The notes under the pieces are model-generated. The model had not been told where the DNA came from and made no database searches. It saw nothing but the letters and a program-made list of their open reading frames with translations. From assembly GCF_018350175.1 (NCBI RefSeq), contig NC_058368.1, forward strand, positions 110,424,001 to 110,488,000: a stretch of DNA of 64,000 nt, given 5' to 3'. The translations under genes were made by a program, and so were the position numbers. The DNA comes from Felis catus. Taxonomy: Eukaryota. Numbering within the stretch: position 1 is the stretch's first letter; each line of letters begins with the position of its first letter. Shown piece by piece: positions 1-11,640 of this stretch.

Positions 1-1844
1 TCCAGAGGAGAAAGTCGTTCCCATTTTACCCAGCTCCCTACCGGACAGACCTGGGCAGCAGTCACCCAGGGCTGTGGGATAAGGGTAGCTGTAAAGGGAC
101 AGTCTGGTGGATGCTCTCTTGAAGAGCCCAGGGACCAGGAGAGGCTGTCCTACGAGGTGGAGGCAGGAGGAGGAGGCCTCGCTGGGGCCAGAGAGGTGAA
201 GACCAGCCAACACCTTAGCTTCTGAGGCCAGGAAGAAAACTGCATGGCAGGACATAAACTTCTTCCCCAAATCAGGCCCTGGAACCATTCCACACTAGTT
301 TTAAAAGGGCAGGTGCATCCTGCTGAAATAAACCCTTGGAACACAGCACCTACGAGACAGTGAGGAGCCTGCAGACAGGAAGAGGCTGAAGTGGTGGTTA
401 GAGGATTCCAAGACAGCATTAGGGGAACCAAAAGGACGGGACAGGTACAGGCCTGAGGGAACCCAGTGCCACCCCCGGAAACCCCTGGAAATCGGGAACT
501 AAGGGTCTGGCCGGAAAAGCATGAGAAAAGAGGAGCGTCGGTAACCCACAGGCAGGTTTTGCTGGCCCTTCGTGCACACAAAGGAAGAGCGGGAAGGGGA
601 AGAGGCCCGAGGTGAGGATGGCAGGTTCCACAGCTCTTGGGGGTTCTGTCCACAGCCTGGATGTGGGTGCAGAGGGGGCCTGCAGAGGAGAGGGCTTTCC
701 GGACTGGCAAAGGGAGCCTCACCATTCGCTCAACAGACTGGTATTGTTCCAAGCCTGGCAGAGCCACGTGAGATAGAAGAATGGATAAGAAGGACTCCTC
801 TCCAGCACTTAGCAGATCATAAGTGTTCAGCAAACAACTGCTGCAGAGCCAAATGGCCCTCGTTGCTCAAGGATCTCAGGATGAGAGCCAATGGAAGCAA
901 AATTCTCCCAGATGCAGGTTCAGAGCCCCCGGGTGTCCTAGCCAGAGCCGGAAAGGCTAGGATGCCTGGGGATCCAGACACCTTCAATCAGGACACCTTC
1001 CCAGAAGAGACGCAGAATGCCATGTGATTTGGGGCTGAGGTAAGTAAGCTACCCCCAACTGTATCACTGGAAGCAGCCCCTCGTGCTCCCCTAGAAGAAA
1101 GACACCTCTAGACAGTGGGGGACAGGATTGAGAAGATGCAACAAAAAAGAGGTCCTTTTCCTTGAAGGAAAACTCCTTTGTGAAAGAGAACTGGAAACAG
1201 CCTACAAGACATACCACTGTCCTTGATGAGGTCATCTTCCTCTTAGGAGGTGCAACATGGTAAATAGTGACTGAGAGACGGGATGGTCTGCAACCAGACT
1301 GAACCAGTGAGAAAGGAAGAAACAAAAAAAGTGGTTTAAGTATCACATAGGGTTTTTTAGCTATAAGCAATTCCTATCAGGAGGCAGCAAGCAAGGAAGG
1401 AAGGGAATAAGAGAGAGGAAGAGAAAAGAAAGAAGAGAAAAGACGAGGAAAGGCTTTGAGGAAATAGAAAAGATAAAAAAGAAAGAGGCATTTATCAGAA
1501 GGATAAAGGGAAGCTCAGAGAATCCAAGATCCTGGGAAGGACAGGAATCCAGTCGGCCTCGGTGGTGTCCTGGGTAGCATGAGCTCCTGGGCTACCTCCT
1601 TAGGGCACGATGCCAACAACTCCACTCGGGATTCAACGTCCATGGGAGAGCGTCCACACATGTGCCCGCTGTGCCTAGTGCTATGAGCAACAAACCCTGA
1701 AATCAGGTAGAGGAAGCTCCCCCAAATACAAGAGGGGTGCTTACCAAATGAGCAAAGGAGATGCCAAGTGCCTGAAATAAAAGAGGCCATTGCCTACAAT
1801 CACTCAGCTGCCTAGCACATGCACTTGTAGATTCAGGAACACTG

Positions 1845-1846
<2 letters not shown>

Positions 1847-1894
<48 letters not shown>

Positions 1895-1898
1895 ACAC
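1847..1898. repeat. (CA)n microsatellite
   Basis: Near-perfect CA run read directly. Confidence 0.97.
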
Positions 1899-1920
1899 TG
1901 TCCAGACAGTCATACAACAT

Positions 1921-2370
1921 TGGGCTTTGAAGCCAAGCCATCAGTTTGAATCCTGGCTTGACCAATGTATGACTGTGGCAGAGATATTTAAACTTTCTGT
2001 GACTAGGGGTGCTTGGGGGGCTCAGTCAGTTAAGCATCTGACTTTAGCTCAGGTCATGATCTCACAGTTTGTAAGTTCAAGCCCCATGTCAGGCTCTGTG
2101 CTGACAGCTCGCAGCCTGGAGCCTGCTTCGGATTCTGTGTCTCCCTCTCTCTCTGCCCTTCCCTCCTTGTACTCCATCCCTCTCTCTCTCCCTCTCTTGA
2201 AAATAAATAAACACTAAAAAAAATTTAAATAAACTTCCTGTGAGTATTTCCTCATTCATAAAAGAGGGATAATATCCCTATCAATGCTCTCTCTGGGAGG
2301 ATTAAATAAATAACGCACGTGAACTTTTCACATAGTGCCTGGCACCCAGTAAATGACCAGTAAGTATTAA
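1921..2370 (+). mobile_element. MIR SINE, interrupted by a carnivore SINE
   Basis: MIR-like TTTGAATCCTGGCT...TTTCCTCATTCATAAAAGAGGGATAATA...GAGGATTAAAT...ACATAGTGCCTGGCAC; the two halves join across the SINE target-site duplication (TSD). Confidence 0.8.
2006..2230 (+). mobile_element. Feliform CanSINE (SINEC_Fc-like)
   Basis: tRNA-like head GGGGTGCTTGGGGGGCTCAGTCAGTTAAG, (CT)n, AATAAA/polyA; degenerate TSD TAAACTT(T/C)CTGTGA. Confidence 0.95.
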
Positions 2371-3213
2371 TTATGGAGTTTCCTCATGTATACACCAAAA
2401 AATGCCCCCATCTAACATGGTACTACCACCTCATCCTTTTGCAACAGGAAACAGCCTGGAGTCCATCTCGTTACCACATCCAACTTCAAGCCCTAGACTT
2501 CTGGGTAACATTCATTTCTCCCATCTCCATATTCTACTGCCTACAGACTAAACTAACTGCATACATAACTACATAACTACAGTTATGTCAATGTGCCCAC
2601 CATAACTGACACATCTTACATCATAGAGTAGGGAAGAAGAAGAAAAAGAACATTTCAAGATGATATGACCACAAAGCAAGGAGATAGAGAAAGACTCCTA
2701 TTCTTTATATGACCCCTTTCCCCAAGCCAGAGGGATGGATATCAGATTCCAACAAAGACCTGTCCCTGGCTATTAGGAGGGATCTCAGGAGCAGAGAAAT
2801 GAAATTGGTGGTACGGTCCCTCAACACTGAACACTCCTAGCTCTTATTCTGGGCTTGCTGGACAGCCTTCTGATGATTAGAACAGTCCCATAGCCTCTCA
2901 GAGCCTCCACCAGAGCAACATGACCACCTGGGCATCTGGTAGACCTCTTGTCCACTTACAATTAGGAAATTAAATTTTATAGCACAAATCTAAAGTTCAT
3001 GTGAAGTTAACCTGACTGATGCAACCTCTTTTAGGACTTGATTCTCCTTTATATGAACCAGCTGAGGCCCTGGGGCATGCAACTAAAGAACAGCTATTTA
3101 TTAAAGTGGTATGGGAAGATACACTTTTATCCCTGTCTTATTTCTAAGGAAGTGGCTGGAAAGTTCCAAAGTAGAGAGAGTAAGAGATCACATCTGTCAA
3201 CCGTGCTCCTCTC

Positions 3214-3357
3214 AGGGCACGTATGTGACTCAGTTAGGTATCTGACTTTGGCTCAGATCATGATCTTATGGTTCATGAGTTCTAGCCCTGCATTAGGCTC
3301 TCTGCTATCAGTGCAAAGCCCACTTTGGATCCTCTGTCCCCCTCTCGCTCTTCCCTC

Positions 3358-3402
<45 letters not shown>

Positions 3403-3444
3403 TCTCCCTCTCTCTCTCTCTCAAAAATAAACATTAAAAAAAAA
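3214..3444 (+). mobile_element. CanSINE, diverged
   Basis: GGCTCAGATCATGATCT...GAGTTCTAGCCC, long (CT)n, AATAAA-A tail. Confidence 0.9.
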
Positions 3445-6241
3445 TATGCTCTCCTCACCAACTCCCTTAATGAAGATCATTCGTTCCTTCTTCCAAAAGG
3501 ATCTTATTAAGCCACTTCTCTGTGTCAGGCCCCATGATGTAAAAGAACGGGAGCTAAACCAGAAGCCAGGAGACCTAGCTTTTATTCCCAGCTGTGTGAT
3601 CCAGGGCAGCGTGTTGCCCTCCAGGTCTGCAGGTCCCACAGTCACACAATGGATGCATGATGTGGGACAGAATGATCTGGCATGTCTTACTCAGCCTGAA
3701 TCACCCCCAATTCTACACAAGTTGGAGGGACTCACATTCCAGCTGGTCATCTCTGGCCAACAGTGTACTTTGCCAAGTCCAGCAAAGCTGCTAGACACCT
3801 TCTGGAGCAAGGTATGGCCAGGCCCAGATGGCTTATTAAAACAGGAAGTTCTTGTGACAGCAAACTAGCCATTGAGAAGAGGCGTGCAAGTTAACTGAAA
3901 CATCTGAGCCTCCCATTTACTTTGGATGATTTTTAAATTTCATTTTGGCTAAAGAAATCAGCCCATCTGTCTGGCTTCTGGAACAATTAGAGAACAGGGT
4001 AGAATTTAAAAAGCAGAAAATGAAACAAACAAACAACAAAATATGGGAAATACAACCAAGAAAGAGACGCTTAAGGCCTTGGATGTGTCCCAGAGAAGAA
4101 GAGAGGTGGAAACTAGATCATAGGATTAGATGTGCGGATGCTGGGCTTGAGTGGAACATTTTCAAACCAGGGGCTGCTCTGCCCCTATCTGCCTTGGGAC
4201 CCCCAGGTAGTGTATGTGAGGGAGCAGGGCAAAGGGATGACCCAGTTTCCCTCCATGTAAGCAGCAGAGAGAAGGGCTAAAAAAAAAAAAACACACACAA
4301 TAGCACAATGTCACATTCCTTGCCTGACACAGGGGCGCACCCGGGAAACTCTCAGGGAGGTTGAGACCAAGTCATCTGTATCCAAGGTCTTCCAACAACA
4401 GCCCGTTCACACTTTGGTCTGGTCCAGGCTGGACTGGATGAGCCCTGGCCTGAAAACATTAATGGACACAAAGCAAGCCATCCACGCTTTGGAGAAGATT
4501 CAAAACACTGTCAATCAGCACTGCTGCACACAGCACAGGAGAAAGAGCAGGCTGAAGATGAGAACATCCCAGGAAACCAAAGAGGTCAAGAGATGCCCCA
4601 AGGCCACACAGCAAACAGAAACACTCTAAGACCTGGTCCAATCTCGTTTCACACGGCATCTAGAAAGTGGAAGGGAAGTTTCTCAGAGAGCTGATAGGCT
4701 GGGAGTTTACACATAGGCAGGGGGGAAAAAACAACCAACAGACCTGGGATTTGGAGTTTGACTAGAGTGGCAGGCCAAGGGAGTTACAGAGTCACAGTCG
4801 TTTTTACACTACCTCCTGAAAGGAGCAATAAGAAAAAAAAGGGACTGAGATAAAGCAAGACAAAAGGAACACTGGCAGGCAGTGGGGGAGAGCATCCCCC
4901 GAAGGTGCACGAAGAAGCTCACCCAGAGAGAAAGCAAACGCACCACCTGTGAGCGTTCTGACCCCTTTCTTTATGTCCCATCAGAGATTCACTCTCAGAG
5001 AAAGCAGGTTACTCTCTAATTATCTCTAGGGGTGCCCTGTCTTCTCCCTCAATCTGTGATCCTGGCTTCTCTAAAGCTCCCCCTAGCCCCGTTCCCAGAG
5101 GACAGGATGGTTCCCAGTTCAGGCATTATCTGATGAGCTCCCTTCCCCTGCTGCTGAGGGGGGTACCCAAGGATTCATGAGCAACCAACCATGTGCTCCC
5201 CAAGGGGCCATCTGGGGCTGGTGGCTCAGACCCAGTGGTGTAATCCCCTACGGTCAATGCAGAGCCAGTTGCTGGAGGAGCAGGAAATCTGTCAGGCAGC
5301 TCGTGACCCCCCAGGGCTCTCCTGGGCCTGTTCACTAATCTAAGAAGGCAACAGCACTTGTGGGAGAGCCTGCAACCAGGGCCTGATGCATTGTGGGGGC
5401 AGTACTGGGGGCCCTTAGGAAGACAGCCCTGCAGGGCATTTAACTTCACTGTCAGAGGGCCCTACAGCTCCTGACAGAAAAGATATCAGGCAGATAAAGA
5501 GGGCACTGGGGGGGCCATTGCTACTGCTACCTATACATCTATATGGCCTGTCTGCTCCACAGCCTTTTTATTGTCCTTTCCCATCCCTAGCCCAGCCCCA
5601 GGACCAGGGCTGGAAATTTCTAGAAAGCCCAGCCATCTGCCAATCAGTAGGCTCTGTCCTCCACCAGCACAGCACACACACTTCCCTTTGCACACCTTCC
5701 TCCAGGGCTCCCCTTCCTGCCCACTTGGGATCGGCCCCTCACTTCTTGCTGCCTGTCCAACTCTGAACACTGTGCTCTCCCACAGTGATGCTCTTTCTTT
5801 TTCTACCCGTCCAGGCCCTCAAACAGTACTGTTCACAGCCCAGGCTTCCCCCAGCTCTCCAGCCTCACTCACCATCACATACCCTTGAAGGTGGAGATCC
5901 CCTGAACTGGCTGTGCACAGCAGCCAGAACAGGACAGTTTCCAGGCACATGGATGGTGATCGCTCGAAGGTCTCACTGGGGGTCACTGGTTCAGGCTCAC
6001 CATGTGACCCTCATCTCATACACAGCTTCTCTATGCTCAAGTCCTTAACTTCATTCCTTCGTGGACAGTTCAAGTTCTAGCCCTTATGTAAGCACGTGGG
6101 ACATTCTGAAAAATTTGTTGAATTAACACATGCAGGAATAGATGACATACATCCTCAAGGTATTCTTCCCCCAACAAGCCTCTGTGGTTGGTATGTATTT
6201 TTGAACTTTTCCCTATCAGAATCGTCATTCTGCATGAGCTT

Positions 6242-6372
6242 GGGGACTCCTGAGTGGCTCAGTCAGTTAAACATCCGACTACTGATCTTAGCTCAGTTCT
6301 TGATCCCAGGGTCGTGAGTTCAAGCCCCACATTTGGGCTCCATGCTGGGCATGAAGCCTACTTTTTTAAAAA
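6242..6372 (+). mobile_element. Short, older-type carnivore SINE without a (CT)n tract
   Basis: GTGGCTCAGTCAGTTAAACATCCGACT...GTCGTGAGTTCAAGCCCCAC...GGGCTCCATGCTGGGCATGAAGCCTAC. Confidence 0.85.
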
Positions 6373-6414
6373 GGTAATAAAAACACCCAGTTTGGTTGGT
6401 TATAAAATTCTTAA

Positions 6415-6648
6415 GGGGCACCTAGGGCTCAGTGGGTTAAGGGTCCGACTTTGGCTCAGGTCATGATCTCATGGCTTGTGAGTTCAAGCCCCGCATCAGC
6501 TCTGTGCTGACAGCTCAGAGCCTGGAGCTTATTTCAGATTCTCTGTCTCCCTCTCTCTCTCTGCCCCTCCCCTGTTCATGCTCTGTCTCCCTCTGTCCCT
6601 CAAAAAAGGAATAAATGTTAAAAAAAATTTTTTTTTAATTAAAAAAAA
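6415..6648 (+). mobile_element. Feliform CanSINE
   Basis: Canonical body and tail; ATTCTTAA on both sides, consistent with a TSD. Confidence 0.95.
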
Positions 6649-7086
6649 CATTCTTAAATTCCAACCATGTCCCATGGGTGGAAACCGAGTTTTTCCAACT
6701 ACCTGCTTCCATACAGGACCTCTCCCTTCTGTCCTTGAAGTTGAAAAATGTTGCCAGACCTTCTGAACTTCGGGTCAGTCTTCATACCACTAAGTGTGAT
6801 GTACCCAGACCTGGGGACTTGCTGACACTCATCATTTCGTGCACAAACCACCACGTGTGAAATATTCTTGTCAAAAATAGTGACCCAAAATTAAGGTGCT
6901 GGAAGTAACTTCAATTTGCAGGAAATGCAGAGGACAGAAGAACAAGTCAAATGATGAAGTTAACAGACCAACCCAGATGATGGGACATTCTGTAAAACAA
7001 CTGATTCAGTTTCTATATCATGAAAAAAAAAAAGATATTTTTTTAAAAAGGGGGCCTGCTCTACCTTAAAACAGACTTTTAAACAT

Positions 7087-7645
7087 TGCAACTCTTCCTT
7101 CTCTGTCATTGTATGACAAATGACCCCACAATTGTGTGGCTTCAGACAATGATAAACATTTACTATCTCAAAATGTTTGTGGATCAGGGACTGGGAAGTA
7201 TACTAGGTAGGTGGTGGGAGCTCAGACTGTCTCATGAGGATTCAGGCAGGATGGGAGCTGAGGACGTGGACTCACCTGAAGGTCTGGCTGGAAGCAAGGA
7301 GGCACCTCTGAGTCTGCTCACTCACATGGCTGGGAAGCATATAGTCCATGTCGGTAGGAGGCCTCAGTGCCTCCCCACATGGCCCTTTCCACAGGCTGTT
7401 GAGCGTCCTCAAGACATGACACGTGGCTTCCTCGTGGTGAACCCCATCCAAGAGAGCACAAGGTGAAAGATCCACAGTCATGTATGGCCCAGCCTCAGAA
7501 GTCATACATTGTTACTTGTGCCACATTCCTTATTAAAAGCAAAGCACTGAATCCAGCCCACATGCAAGGCAAGGGGAATGAGTGTCCACCTTTTCAAAAA
7601 ATGGTGTGTGAAAAAATTTGAGGACATAGCTTAAAAACACCAGAG
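7087..7645 (-). mobile_element. MaLR solo LTR (MLT1F-like)
   Basis: ACATTTACTATCTCA...CTCACTCACATGGCTGG...GAGGCCTCAG...CCAGCCTCAGAAGTCATACA...CCAGCCCACATGCAAGG. Confidence 0.8.
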
Positions 7646-7829
7646 CAAAGATGGCGTACAGACTTGGGTTTTGGAATGTGATAAAGACAAACCAACAGTA
7701 AAGACACTTTATAAACACTCAGGGAAATTTTATTATGGATGGGTGTTAGACGATACCAAGGGTTATTGTTAATTTTAGTAGGTATGATCATCTCATTGTA
7801 GCTATGAGAGAAAATATCCATGTTTTTAC

Positions 7830-8052
7830 TTTTTTTTTAATTTTTTAACGTTTATTTATTTTTGAGAGAGAGACAGACAGATAGAGACAGAGCATGAGCA
7901 GGGGAGGGGAAGAGAGAGAGGAAGACAGAAGATCCAAAGCAGGCTCCATGCTGTCAGCACAGAGCCCGCCTTAGGGCTCAAACCCACAAACCCCGAGATC
8001 ACGACTGGAGCCCAAGTCGGACGCTTAACCAACTGAGCCATCCAGGCACCCC
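7830..8052 (-). mobile_element. CanSINE
   Basis: PolyT/TTTATT, (GA)n, ends CTGAGCCATCCAGGCACCCC. Confidence 0.95.
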
Positions 8053-8100
8053 CTCTCTGCATATTTAGGATACATCTCTAAAAACATGGATATTTTCTGT

Positions 8101-8273
8101 GGGGTGCCTGGGTGGCTCAGTCAGTTAAGTGTCCAACTTCAGCTCAGATCATGATCTCAAGGTTCATGAGTTTGAGCCCTATGTCCAGCTCTGTGCTGAC
8201 AGCTCAGAGCCTGGAGCCTGCTTCAGATTCTGTGACTCCCTCTCTCTCTGCCCCTCCTCTCTCTTCCTCCTTC

Positions 8274-8320
<47 letters not shown>

Positions 8321-8334
8321 ACATTTTTTTAAAA
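8101..8334 (+). mobile_element. Feliform CanSINE with (TAAA)n tail
   Basis: GGGGTGCCTGGGTGGCTCAGTCAGTTAAG head; tail expanded into TAAA repeats. Confidence 0.95.
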
Positions 8335-8520
8335 AGAGAGTAAATCTTAAAAGTTCTCATCACAAGAAAAGAAATTCACAACTATGTATGGTGACAGATG
8401 TCAAATATATTTATTGTAGTGACTGCTTTGCAGTTCACACAAATATTGAATCACTATGTTGTACACCTGAAACTAATAATAACGTTATGTGCCAACTATA
8501 CCTCAGTAAAAAAAAAAAAT
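8335..8520 (+). mobile_element. L1 (L1MA/carnivore-type) extreme 3' end
   Basis: TCTTAAAAGTTCTCATCACAAGAAAA...GAATCACTATGTTGTACACCTGAAACTAAT...CAACTATACCTCAGT followed by polyA. Confidence 0.85.
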
Positions 8521-9046
8521 AAAATACTTCAGTGAGAAATTAGAAGAAAGGAAACAAAATGAAAGAGGGAAAAAGAACAAGATTTTAAAACGAGGCAAAT
8601 GGGACAAATTTTCATGACTGTCATAATCTGGGTGGCAGTTTCCTAAGGGAATTTACTGTTAACTGTGTATGTTTGAAATTTCCATAATAAAAATTTGCTT
8701 TCAACTGCTACCAGGCTATATTTAGCGGTAGATCTCACTTCACTTATGCTGTCTGGAGAACGGTGAGTTCTTTCAATGTGCACATATGTGTCTTCTCCTG
8801 CTCAGTGTTTTCTTCTATAATATCTTTATTCCTTCCATTTCATCTGCTCTGCTCACTTCTCCAAAAGCCCCGGAACTTCACTCTCTGCCTTCCAGGTCTC
8901 TCATCTTTTCCCTGTTTGGATTCCTTTGCATCTTGTGTGTGTAATCAGCAGCAGCCTAGGTAAACCAGGCAGAGAGTGTGACACTAAGTGGGTGCAGGAC
9001 CTTGAAAAGCATGGGCTCCCTGTGGGGCTGTCAGAAGCAGCTTCTT

Positions 9047-9265
9047 TTTTTTAAATTTTTTTTAACGTTTATTTATTTTGAGACAGAGAGAGACAGAGCA
9101 TGAACAGAGGAGGGGCAGAGAGAGAGGGAGACACAGAATCCCAAGCAGGCTCCAGGCTCTGAGCTGTCAGCACAGAGCCCGACGCGGGGCTCGAACTCAC
9201 GGACCGTGAGATCATGACCTGAGCCGAAGTCGGCCGCTTAACCGACTGAGCCACCCAGGCGCCCC
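9047..9265 (-). mobile_element. Young feliform CanSINE
   Basis: Near-consensus with CpGs retained; perfect TSD AGAAGCAGCTTCTT (9033-9046, 9266-9279). Confidence 0.97.
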
Positions 9266-10307
9266 AGAAGCAGCTTCTTATCAAGAAGTGCCCCTCAGGA
9301 ACTCCCTCTCCTCCTGACAGCCCTCACAGTGTCCAAGGAGTCCCTTGTCACCAGCATCCATCAGAAGTGAGTCCCCTGGCAGAGCCCCAGAGGCACCTTG
9401 CACCTGACTCCCCCCCACAATCAAAAGGAGTTCAGAAAGGAAAGGCCACAGCACATTCTACACTGGCTTATTTTATTTTATTCTATTATTTTCATTTTAT
9501 TTCTTTTTTTGTCCTTTCCATCCCCAAACAACCTTTGCCATTTTAAATCTCTGCTTCTCCCTTCCTGCCTGTGAGTCGCAGTCTGTTAACAAGGGTCTGA
9601 AATTTTCTTTGCAACTGCAGCAGTAGAAAAGCATATTTGCCAACCTGCCAGTGTAGGTCTGTTTCGTCATGAGCGAACCAGGGCCTCTGCAAACTGAGGA
9701 AGCACTGCACGTCTTCATAATGGAGAACACTGAATTTTTACTACCCCTCATTTTATAAGGTCCTAAGCATCGGGGATGTGTTTTGTGAAGACCTGTGTGA
9801 GTGCCCCAGCTCACGTGATAGAGGGAGAGAGAAAATAAAGCTAAGTCATGACAGGACCACCAAAGCTAGCATTCACTTCACCACCAATTTTTGGACTCTT
9901 TAAGGTAGGACATCAGTCTCTGGGGCTGGAAATGCAGAGAAAGAAATGGTGGGTAGAAATGCCTGTTTATCCAGACCCCACCATCCTTCACCTTAACGCT
10001 AACAGGGGCCATGAAGACAGCCCTGGACTGTGCCTGGGGGTTGCAGGACTGGAATCCCTCACACAGGGTCTAGCAGGCCATGTCAGGGAGGCTTCTGGGG
10101 AGGGTGGGCTTTACCCTTTGGGAAAGAAAATCATGGAGGACATGCTCAGTTGCATTCTAGAAAAATTCTTTCTGTCCACAATGTGGAGGATGAATTGGAA
10201 GAGGTAAGAACAAAGGCAAGAAGGCCTCTTAGGCCTTGTTGTTTTGAAGACCGGAACACCAGTTATTAATTTAATTCCAGCAGTGTTTGTATACCCGACC
10301 CACTTCT

Positions 10308-10378
10308 TTTTTTATTTAATTTTTTTAATTTTATTTTAGAGAGAGACGGAGTATGCACAAGCAGGAGAGAGGGGTTGA

Positions 10379-10429
<51 letters not shown>

Positions 10430-10551
10430 TCCCAAGCAGGCTTCATGCTCAGTGCAGAGCCCAATATGGGGCTTGAACTCACAAGCCTGGGATCATGACC
10501 TGAGCCAAAATCGAGTCAGAGGCTCAACCGACTGAGCTGCCCATGCGCCCC
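10308..10551 (-). mobile_element. CanSINE
   Basis: PolyT, long (GA)n, ends CCATGCGCCCC; degenerate TSD C(C/T)GA(C/T)CCACTTCT. Confidence 0.92.
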
Positions 10552-10613
10552 AGGCTGATCCACTTCTGTGGGCATTTCTGGACCACAGGTTCTGACCTGT
10601 CAGGATCTGACCA

Positions 10614-10694
10614 CAGGTCATGATCTCAGAGTTGTGGGATTGAGCCCCACCTCAGGCTCTGTGCTGAAAGGGAGCCTGCTTGGGATTCTCTCTC

Positions 10695-10730
<36 letters not shown>

Positions 10731-10770
10731 CTTCTGCCCCTCCCCTGCTTGCATGCTCTCTCTTTCTTGA
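10614..10770 (+). mobile_element. 5'-truncated CanSINE
   Basis: Starts at CAGGTCATGATCTC; GAGCCTGCTTGGGATTCTC(TC)n; no A-box head. Confidence 0.9.
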
Positions 10771-10900
10771 GAGAGAGAGAGAGAGAGGGAAGGAAGGAAG
10801 GAAGGAAGGAAGGAAGGAAGGAAGGAAGGAAGGAAGGAAGGGAAAGAAAAAGAAAGAAGGAAAGAAAGAAAGAAAGAGAAAGAGAGGGAGGGAGGGAGAA
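10769..10900. repeat. (GA)n-(GGAA)n-(GAAA)n purine tract
   Basis: Read directly; occupies the position of the SINE tail. Confidence 0.95.
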
Positions 10901-11584
10901 AACAACAGCAGAAGGAAAGTGAGATTTAAAGCAACAACCTTGAATCTGCCAGGTGAGAAAAAAGTAAATTATTTTGGAACTTTGGTCTTTAGCTATTTAT
11001 CCATTGTATCACCTGTAACCCCTCTCATCATTCACCTGGATGCACAGTGAATGGGCAACAGCATCACAGGCCAGACAAGAGATGCCAGGAGTGTGTGAGC
11101 CAGGAAAGTGCTGGTGGAGAGGGAAAGTAGGGAACAGACAGGCCACAAGGGAAGTAGAACCAAAGCCCTTGGTCCTCCTGCTTTTGCTGAGCAGTCTCTT
11201 GACTGCATGTGCAACTTGCTGCTGTCCAAGCTGCGGGGTGGCACACAGATTTCAGATGGAGTCCAGCCTTGCCAGTGGGAAACAGGGATCCCACAAAGTG
11301 AGACATGATTCTGGGAGAAGTCGGCATCCCTCCACTGGTAATATGCCTACAATGACGTGGAGAGGGGTAGGGTTTTACTGTGATTGGAAAGGAGGGGTTG
11401 AGGATGTGCTTGAGGCCTTCCTAGGCAGTGTCTACATTTCTCATGGCTCAGGGTAACCAGACAGCTCTAGAATGTGCTCACCTCTTCTATGGTTCACTGG
11501 CTGGGAGCATTCCATCAATGTCCTGACCAGGCTGCCTCACCAAGCCAAACGGAAAGAGTCACTGGGCTTCTGCCTCCCAACCTG

Positions 11585-11585
<1 letters not shown>

Positions 11586-11631
<46 letters not shown>

Positions 11632-11640
11632 TTCTCTCTG
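11586..11640. repeat. (CT)n microsatellite
   Basis: Read directly. Confidence 0.95.

Larger units (their letters stand above)
6860..8695 (+). mobile_element. Old L1M (L1MC/ME-like) 3' region, fragmented by later insertions
   Basis: L1M 3' UTR-like pieces at about 6860-7085 (GATGGGACATTCTGTAAAACAACTG), about 7680-7828 (TTATTGTTAATTTTAGTAGGTATGAT...AGAAAATATCC) and about 8520-8695 (GTATGTTTGAAATTTCCATAATAAAA). Confidence 0.65.

Noticed and set aside
150..1027. ORFs 150..833 (227 aa) and 572..1027 (151 aa) as genes
   Set aside because: Overlapping antisense ORFs with no recognisable domain; lengths are compatible with chance in GC-richer DNA.
912..1045. Coding exon ending at the consensus donor GAG|GTAAGT (1039/1040)
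   Set aside because: All three frames from the nearest plausible acceptor contain stops. A non-coding exon cannot be excluded without RNA data.
1927..2217. Recurrent GAWVAQSVKHPTSAQVMIS... peptide family (also 9069, 40087, 62433, 63058)
   Set aside because: These are translations of the SINE consensus, not a protein family.
9200..9265. tRNA genes
   Set aside because: The A/B-box-like sequences are tRNA-derived SINE heads attached to SINE bodies.
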